From Promethearchaeota archaeon (GTDB lineage Archaea; Asgardarchaeota; Lokiarchaeia; Sigyniarchaeales; SOKP01), in assembly GCA_019894975.1 (NCBI GenBank), contig JAGXNO010000011.1:1-64000 (forward strand): DNA of 64,000 bases. The letters are read 5' to 3'. Under the pieces are notes generated by a model. It was not told the origin of the DNA, ran no database searches, and saw only the letters and a program-made list of their open reading frames with translations. Made by a program: the position numbers and the translations under genes. Of this stretch, positions 58,416 to 64,000 are shown piece by piece (the first letter of the stretch is position 1; every line of letters starts with the position of its first letter).

Positions 58416-59606
58416 TCAATTTCTCTTTCTATGAATACCAAATAGAATTATTGCTGCAAATAATGGGACTATTATTCCCAAAATTATCATTGCCTGGGAG
58501 CCCCAAAAGTCAAAAATTAATCCTGAGATCGGCGCACCGATCGCTATCCCCGCAACAACTAACGCATAGAAAGTTCCTGTTGCCACCCCACGATTAGATT
58601 CACTAGTATTATTTCTAATGATTCCCGCGGATGTGGGGAATATCATTCCATGTCCAATTCCAAAAATGATCATACCTAGTATGGGAATTGGTAACGATGT
58701 AGAGAAAATTAATACAAAAAAACTAAATGAGACAAAAATTAAGCCGTAGGTCATTATTCTCGACTTTCCTGTTCTGTCACTTAAAATACCAGAAGGATAA
58801 TGAACTATAATCGATAATAACACTAAAATGCTGAATATCATCCCAATTTGACCATCGGTATAACTTGAATCTTTTAAAAGGATGGAATAAGTAGCGGTTA
58901 TAATTCCCAAATTAAAATTTAAGGCCAAAATACTCAAATAAGGAGCAAACATCTTCTTTGAGAAAATTGTGTGCTTAAAAATTGCAATTTCTTCCTTAAG
59001 GTTTAATTTTTCTTTAACGGGTTGATAAATTTTAGGCAGTAAAAGAGAGGTAATAGCCATTACAAACAAGATCATAGCAATTATAAAGAACAGATTTTTA
59101 TATCCTAATCCTTGTGCACCCATTCCCCCAATCATAAATCCAAATAAAAGAGCTATACCAAAGGAGATTCCGTATAAAGCCATCCCTCTTCCACTTTTTT
59201 CTTTTGGTGTCGCATCAGATAAATATGCCATGGTTCCTGGACCACCAAAACCACCTCCTAGGCCATGGATAATTCTTGCAAAGAGTAAGAAATAGGGATC
59301 CTGAGCGAGGGAATATAATAGTATTGAAAATCCATCTAAAACAATACCAACAGCTATTAGAACTTTTCTTCCGATTTTATCAACAAATCTACCCGCTATT
59401 ATATTTGCGGGAATATGAGTCATTGAATATGCACCAACAATAATTGAGGCAAGAATTACCGAAGCACCTAAATCAACTGCATAATTAGAGATTATAGGGA
59501 TTGCAACAGTACTATCAAAATTTACTATAAATGTTAAAGCCAATACTAAAAAATAGGACCGTTTCCCAATCTTAGTTGATATTTTTTCTTGTGAATTCTT
59601 ATTCAT
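58416..59606 (-). CDS. Major facilitator superfamily transporter
   Basis: 12 TM segments; GRFVDKIGRK and GILSDRTGK motif A; ARIIHGLG. Confidence 0.92.
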   Translation of the reverse strand: MNKNSQEKISTKIGKRSYFLVLALTFIVNFDSTVAIPIISNYAVDLGASVILASIIVGAYSMTHIPANIIAGRFVDKIGRKVLIAVGIVLDGFSILLYSLAQDPYFLLFARIIHGLGGGFGGPGTMAYLSDATPKEKSGRGMALYGISFGIALLFGFMIGGMGAQGLGYKNLFFIIAMILFVMAITSLLLPKIYQPVKEKLNLKEEIAIFKHTIFSKKMFAPYLSILALNFNLGIITATYSILLKDSSYTDGQIGMIFSILVLLSIIVHYPSGILSDRTGKSRIMTYGLIFVSFSFFVLIFSTSLPIPILGMIIFGIGHGMIFPTSAGIIRNNTSESNRGVATGTFYALVVAGIAIGAPISGLIFDFWGSQAMIILGIIVPLFAAIILFGIHRKRN

Positions 59607-59734
59607 GCGTTTTAACTATTGATGATGAATTCTAAAAACTTTATGAATTATAAAGATTAAATCCGTTTAAAATCATTTTATATCTATCATAAGTCCAATT
59701 CAATTATTATTCAAATTAATCTGAAATTGTTAAT

Positions 59735-60070
59735 ATGAGTTTTCCTAAAGAAAATTTAGAAAGAGAGAAAATAACATTACATACAATGATAAACATGTAT
59801 TGTAAGAAATCTCACGACTCGACCAATCAGTCGTGTTCAGAATGTATGGAATTATTCAAATATGCTGAAGAGCGTCTTAAGCTTTGTCGTTTTGGGGAAG
59901 ATAAACCAACATGCGAAAAATGTCCAATTCACTGTTATAAACCTGAAATGAGAGAGAAAGTCCGAAATGTAATGAGATATTCTGGACCACGAATGATATA
60001 TTCTCACCCAATAATGGGATTTCGACATCTCTTTAAGCAATTGAAGAAAACTAAGAATTTTGAGTTATAA
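59735..60070 (+). CDS. YgbA / nitrous-oxide-stimulated-promoter family protein
   Basis: EKITL..MI.MYC..H...C.EC..L..YA..RL..C.FGEDKPTC.KCPIHCY...MRYSGPRM..HP. Confidence 0.9.
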   Translation: MSFPKENLEREKITLHTMINMYCKKSHDSTNQSCSECMELFKYAEERLKLCRFGEDKPTCEKCPIHCYKPEMREKVRNVMRYSGPRMIYSHPIMGFRHLFKQLKKTKNFEL

Positions 60071-60183
60071 GCTTAAAATGACATCAAATATTCATGAAAA
60101 TTTATTAGGAATAAAGAAAAAGTATTAATTGACTTTATACCATAATTTAGATAACCAACTAATAGTCTTATCTCTCTCTGATA

Positions 60184-61662
60184 ATGATTTTTCAAGGATT
60201 ATTTAATATCTTAGATTTGTATTTTGATGATGTCGATCTTTTTTACAACAATATTGACCATTATTTTCAAGATAAAATCATTGCTACTTTCGGAAATAAT
60301 CCAATCAAGGAAGAGGTTTTATGCCAACAGCTTGTAGAAATTATATCATATTTTTCTGATGCTTTCATTGAATTAGGCTTTGAATTAGATGAAGTTGAGA
60401 GAACTTTTTCAGATCCCCATTTAGGAATTGAAGAAAAGGATAGGGAAATGATTTATTCACCCCTAGAGCTATATGAGAGAAAACTGGCACCATTTATTTA
60501 CGAATTCTTTTTTGAAAAGATTGTAGATTACCTAGTTGATGATGAAATTGCACCATTAATGTTAAAGTTAAAATCTGAAGGTTTTTTGCCAATAGAATTT
60601 ATAATGGAATTAAGAATTCTGAAGGATATGCTTGGACGTTATCCAAAGAAACGAGAAAATTTACGAAAATACACTCAAATTCAAAAACGAATTATTAGGA
60701 AATTTCAAGAAAACAGAGCAAAAATTGAAAGTTTAGAAGAAATAAAAGAACCAGAATATAAACTACAAGTTATCTATCTAATATATCGGATAATCCATTT
60801 TTTTGAGCTTCAGAATGAATTTGATTTTTCTTCTATAAAAGCTTATATTAGAGACAATGTAGATGAATGGCTTATTGATGTCCCATTAGTAACTTTAAAG
60901 AATCCAGATATCTATTTCTGCGGTATCTATTTAGCAATGAATTTAGGAATAGAGCTTGATAATGATAAAATTAATGATTTTCTTTTAGATTTAAGTATTG
61001 AAGCAGGTGATAGATACGAATCTCCAATTATTGAAGCAACAGATGGAGTTTATTATTTTACTAAAGCAACTGAAATGATGGGACTGTTTTTAAGCATAGA
61101 TCAATTAAAGGGAATAATAAGGATCAAGCCAGAGTATTTAGATTCAAATCATCTGAAAAATCTTGAAACATCTCAATTAGTAGTTATTCTAAAATTATTT
61201 CTTCAGTTAGGACTAAAAAAAATTGAAACCGAAAATAATGCAATTACTGAAGAAATAGAAAGACGGATTAGTCCTGAAGGAATTAAACAATTCAGAGACG
61301 GTTTTGTCTCATCAGAGGCTACATATTATGTCCTGTTTAACCATTATATGAACAACACTCTAGAGAAGTTAAAAGAACTTGATATTTTAGGCAATGTAGT
61401 TTCGAGGATTTACCGTAACCTGGAACTACTAGATTTTTCAATAGATACGAATTTTGATCTAATTAGTGAATTATTTTATTCACTGGAAAGTTTAAAGTTG
61501 TTTAATTGTATCGAAACTAAAGAAATGATAATTCATTTGGCTAAATATTTATTTCCGCCAGAACTTGTAAAGAGAATTTTAGATAGTAAAGAATTAATCA
61601 GATATAAAGCTAAATTTCGGCATTTAAAGGTAAATAGAATTACCGGGGAGACAATCTACTAA
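60184..61662 (+). CDS. Hypothetical all-alpha protein (possible prenyltransferase-like repeats in the C-terminal half)
   Basis: 492-aa ORF with repeated xTYY/YF helices; the family assignment is weak. Confidence 0.6.
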   Translation: MIFQGLFNILDLYFDDVDLFYNNIDHYFQDKIIATFGNNPIKEEVLCQQLVEIISYFSDAFIELGFELDEVERTFSDPHLGIEEKDREMIYSPLELYERKLAPFIYEFFFEKIVDYLVDDEIAPLMLKLKSEGFLPIEFIMELRILKDMLGRYPKKRENLRKYTQIQKRIIRKFQENRAKIESLEEIKEPEYKLQVIYLIYRIIHFFELQNEFDFSSIKAYIRDNVDEWLIDVPLVTLKNPDIYFCGIYLAMNLGIELDNDKINDFLLDLSIEAGDRYESPIIEATDGVYYFTKATEMMGLFLSIDQLKGIIRIKPEYLDSNHLKNLETSQLVVILKLFLQLGLKKIETENNAITEEIERRISPEGIKQFRDGFVSSEATYYVLFNHYMNNTLEKLKELDILGNVVSRIYRNLELLDFSIDTNFDLISELFYSLESLKLFNCIETKEMIIHLAKYLFPPELVKRILDSKELIRYKAKFRHLKVNRITGETIY

Positions 61663-61777
61663 GCTTGAATATATAATATTGTTTTTCTTCCCCATTATTA
61701 ATAGAAAATGAGATAAATAATAATTTTTAATTGATTTAAACATTTAACTAAAATAATAAAATTTTCTTCTGATATTA

Positions 61778-63256
61778 ATGGATTTAAAAGAATTTGAACT
61801 GATTTATAAAGAAAATCGAGTAATCATTAAAGATAAACCAGAAATTGAATCTAAATTAAAGAAGATTGTTGGATTGAATAATATTTCCACTAAAGAGGTA
61901 GATCTCTTAGCATATACAAAAGATTCAACATTATTAGCATTCAATTGGGAAATAGAAGGAAAAATTGCCGGTCTTCCTGATTATATTACATGGCCTGAAA
62001 CAACAGAACAAATTAGCGAAATCTTGAAATTAGCTAATCGAGAAAAAATTCCGGTGATTCCCTATGGAGAAGGATCTGGGGTGGTTGGAGGTGCAATACC
62101 ACTCTATGGGGGGATTATTATCGATATGAAGAAATTTAATAGAGTACTAGAAATTAATGATAAAAATCTAACCGTTACTGCGGAAGCTGGTATTAATGGT
62201 ATGAATTTAGAACGACATTTAAATGCTAAAGGATATACTTCAGGTCATATACCTCAATCGTTATATATTTCCTCATTAGGTGGCTGGATTGCTCATCGTG
62301 CGGCTGGTCAATTTAGTACCAAATATGGCAAAATTGAAGATATTGTAATGGGGATGGAAATTATATTACCACAGGGTGAATTAATTAAGTTTAAAACAAT
62401 TCCAAGGGCTTCAACAGGACCACAGCTTGATAAATTATTCATAGGAGGAGAAGGAACATTAGGTATTGTAACTAAAGCTACATTAAAAATTTGGCCTTAT
62501 CCAGAAAAAAGATCTTTAATTTCTTATGCTTTTTCTACTATAGAAAAATCGTTTGATGCAGTAAGAGAGATTCTGCGGGAACAAATTTATCCTGCAGTGG
62601 TTAGAATATATGATAAGTTTGAAACCGCTCGACATTTTCCTGATAACATTAAAGCAAAAGATAAGGTAATGACTATTTTTGTCTGTGAAGGAAATTCAAA
62701 ATTAGTTGATCTAGAAGAATCTATAACAAGAGAAAAATGTGAGTTAAATTCAGGAATAGATTGTGGAGACACTCCGGTAGAACATTGGATTGAAAGTAGA
62801 TTTCGTGTTACTGAAACATCATCAATGCCTCCTTATAAAATTGTATTCGACACTCTTGAAGTGGCTTCTTTATGGGATAATGCTGCTGAAATATATCATC
62901 ATGTTTTAGAATCTATGAACAAATTCAAGGGAGTGTTAATGATTACTGCGCATGTTTCTCATTTTTACCCAAATGGAGTCGGAATCTACTTCTCATTTGG
63001 GGGTGTGCCGCCAAGAGGAATTTCCGATTTAAAATTCTATCAAGATTGTTGGGATACTATAATCAAAGGTGTATTAGATGCAGGTGGCTCAATTGCACAC
63101 CATCATGGGATTGGGATCAATAGATCTCATTGGATGGATAGAGAATGGGGGAATGCGATGAGTACCCTAAGACAGATTAAAAATATGCTTGATCCAAACA
63201 ATATATTGAATCCCGGTAAAATTTATACGGAGACTTGGAAAAGAGGTGAAGATTAA
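61778..63256 (+). CDS. FAD-linked oxidoreductase, alkyl-DHAP synthase (AGPS)-like
   Basis: PYGEGSGVVGG, HIPQS..SSLGGW..R.AGQFSTKYGKIED, PRASTGP, GEGTLGIV, GIYFSF, HHHGIG and DPNNILNPGK. Confidence 0.85.
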   Translation: MDLKEFELIYKENRVIIKDKPEIESKLKKIVGLNNISTKEVDLLAYTKDSTLLAFNWEIEGKIAGLPDYITWPETTEQISEILKLANREKIPVIPYGEGSGVVGGAIPLYGGIIIDMKKFNRVLEINDKNLTVTAEAGINGMNLERHLNAKGYTSGHIPQSLYISSLGGWIAHRAAGQFSTKYGKIEDIVMGMEIILPQGELIKFKTIPRASTGPQLDKLFIGGEGTLGIVTKATLKIWPYPEKRSLISYAFSTIEKSFDAVREILREQIYPAVVRIYDKFETARHFPDNIKAKDKVMTIFVCEGNSKLVDLEESITREKCELNSGIDCGDTPVEHWIESRFRVTETSSMPPYKIVFDTLEVASLWDNAAEIYHHVLESMNKFKGVLMITAHVSHFYPNGVGIYFSFGGVPPRGISDLKFYQDCWDTIIKGVLDAGGSIAHHHGIGINRSHWMDREWGNAMSTLRQIKNMLDPNNILNPGKIYTETWKRGED

Positions 63257-64000
63257 ATGGGAGTCGAAGAGACATTAAAAAAATATTCATGGATGGTGCC
63301 TCTCCTTCAGAAAGCTGATAGAGAAACCAGAGCGATACTAATGAAAAACTTTAGGCAAAGAAAGAAAAATTTCTTTCCTAAAGGTGATTTCAAGGCTGAT
63401 GTAGATAATCTGATAAAATGTATGCTTTGCCCAAACATGTGCCGCTTTGATTGTGGTAGTCTCCAAGCCACAAACACAGAATCTATGAGCCCCGCTTATA
63501 AGGCAAGAATAGGTTATTATCTTTCTATAGGGAAAATAGATCCAAGTGATCCTGCAAATAAAGATTTTATTGATTTAATGTACAAGTGTACAAATGAAGA
63601 AACATGTAAAATATGGTGCCCTTTTGATTTTTCAGTAGTTTCTCTCCTAGAATCTGTGAGGGATGATTTAACAGATAAAGGATTAATGCCCGATTATCTT
63701 AAACCACGAATTCAAAACTTAAAGAACACGAAGACTATCGAAGATTACGACATATATAAAACATATAAGGAAAAAGGAATTGAAGATATTGAAACTGATG
63801 GAAAAGACGAGGTTTATTATTATATTGGATGTGAAATGATGAAATTTCCAGAGGTAGTTAAAGCTAATATTGAAATATTAAAAAAGGCAGGAATAAAATT
63901 CTCAACTAACCTAGAAAAAAAGATGTGTTGTGGTGGTCCAATGTTTAATATTAGAGATCTGAATACTGCTAAAGAGTTTGCAGAGAAAAATAAAGTACTT
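63257..64000 (+). CDS. Fe-S-binding / CCG-domain oxidoreductase (GlpC/HdrD-like); 3' end runs off the window
   Basis: Manual translation from ATG 63257 (after GAGGTGA): CMLCPNMCRFDC, YKCTNEETCKIWCP, YYIGC and MCCGGP. Confidence 0.82.
   Translation, partial: MGVEETLKKYSWMVPLLQKADRETRAILMKNFRQRKKNFFPKGDFKADVDNLIKCMLCPNMCRFDCGSLQATNTESMSPAYKARIGYYLSIGKIDPSDPANKDFIDLMYKCTNEETCKIWCPFDFSVVSLLESVRDDLTDKGLMPDYLKPRIQNLKNTKTIEDYDIYKTYKEKGIEDIETDGKDEVYYYIGCEMMKFPEVVKANIEILKKAGIKFSTNLEKKMCCGGPMFNIRDLNTAKEFAEKNKVL

Noticed and set aside
4-62772. Many short ORFs in the track antisense to or overlapping real genes (e.g. 4..204, 579..836, 3862..4164, 22567..22962, 24939..25292, 29099..29413, 54956..55216)
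   Set aside because: Shadow frames of well-supported genes with no recognisable motifs.
1-64000. CRISPR arrays, tRNA/rRNA genes, transposases or prophage genes
   Set aside because: None recognised by eye. Nearly all sequence is explained by CDSs and the remaining gaps are AT-rich. A tRNAscan/Infernal run would be needed to exclude small RNAs.

Overview
AT-rich (~30% GC by eye), gene-dense archaeal chromosomal segment. The mix of cdhA, Alba, RadA, tRNA-splicing endonuclease, an Arf-like small GTPase and a V4R protein points to an Asgard archaeon, probably Lokiarchaeia (inference). Content in order: the 5' part of CODH/ACS alpha (cdhA, runs off the left edge); an Alba/V4R/Arf-GTPase block; a glycogen/NDP-sugar block (GalT-like, NDP-sugar pyrophosphorylase, two GH57 branching enzymes, degenerate phosphohexomutase); radA; tandem OsmC genes; MEMO1; endA; a complete but rearranged A/V-type ATPase operon with a second A subunit carrying a catalytic-motif substitution; a 2-hydroxyacyl-CoA dehydratase operon; a GH13 amylase; an amino-sugar cluster (GlmU-like, glmS, nagB, glmM); and an AGPS-like FAD oxidoreductase followed by an Fe-S protein (runs off the right edge). 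I saw no rRNA, tRNA, CRISPR array or transposase. Top finding: the dehydratase activase gene is interrupted by a 30-nt, stop-containing insert (42270-42299) that folds into a bulge-helix-bulge (BHB) motif. Cutting at the canonical BHB positions restores the conserved MNDKCAAGTG motif exactly, so this is a candidate endonuclease-spliced intron in an Asgard protein-coding gene. The endA gene in the same window carries a loop resembling the broad-specificity loop linked to mRNA-intron splicing in crenarchaea. Several genes also appear to start at ATT/ATC/ATA codons behind strong Shine-Dalgarno motifs. All calls are from manual reading; no searches or folding programs were run.
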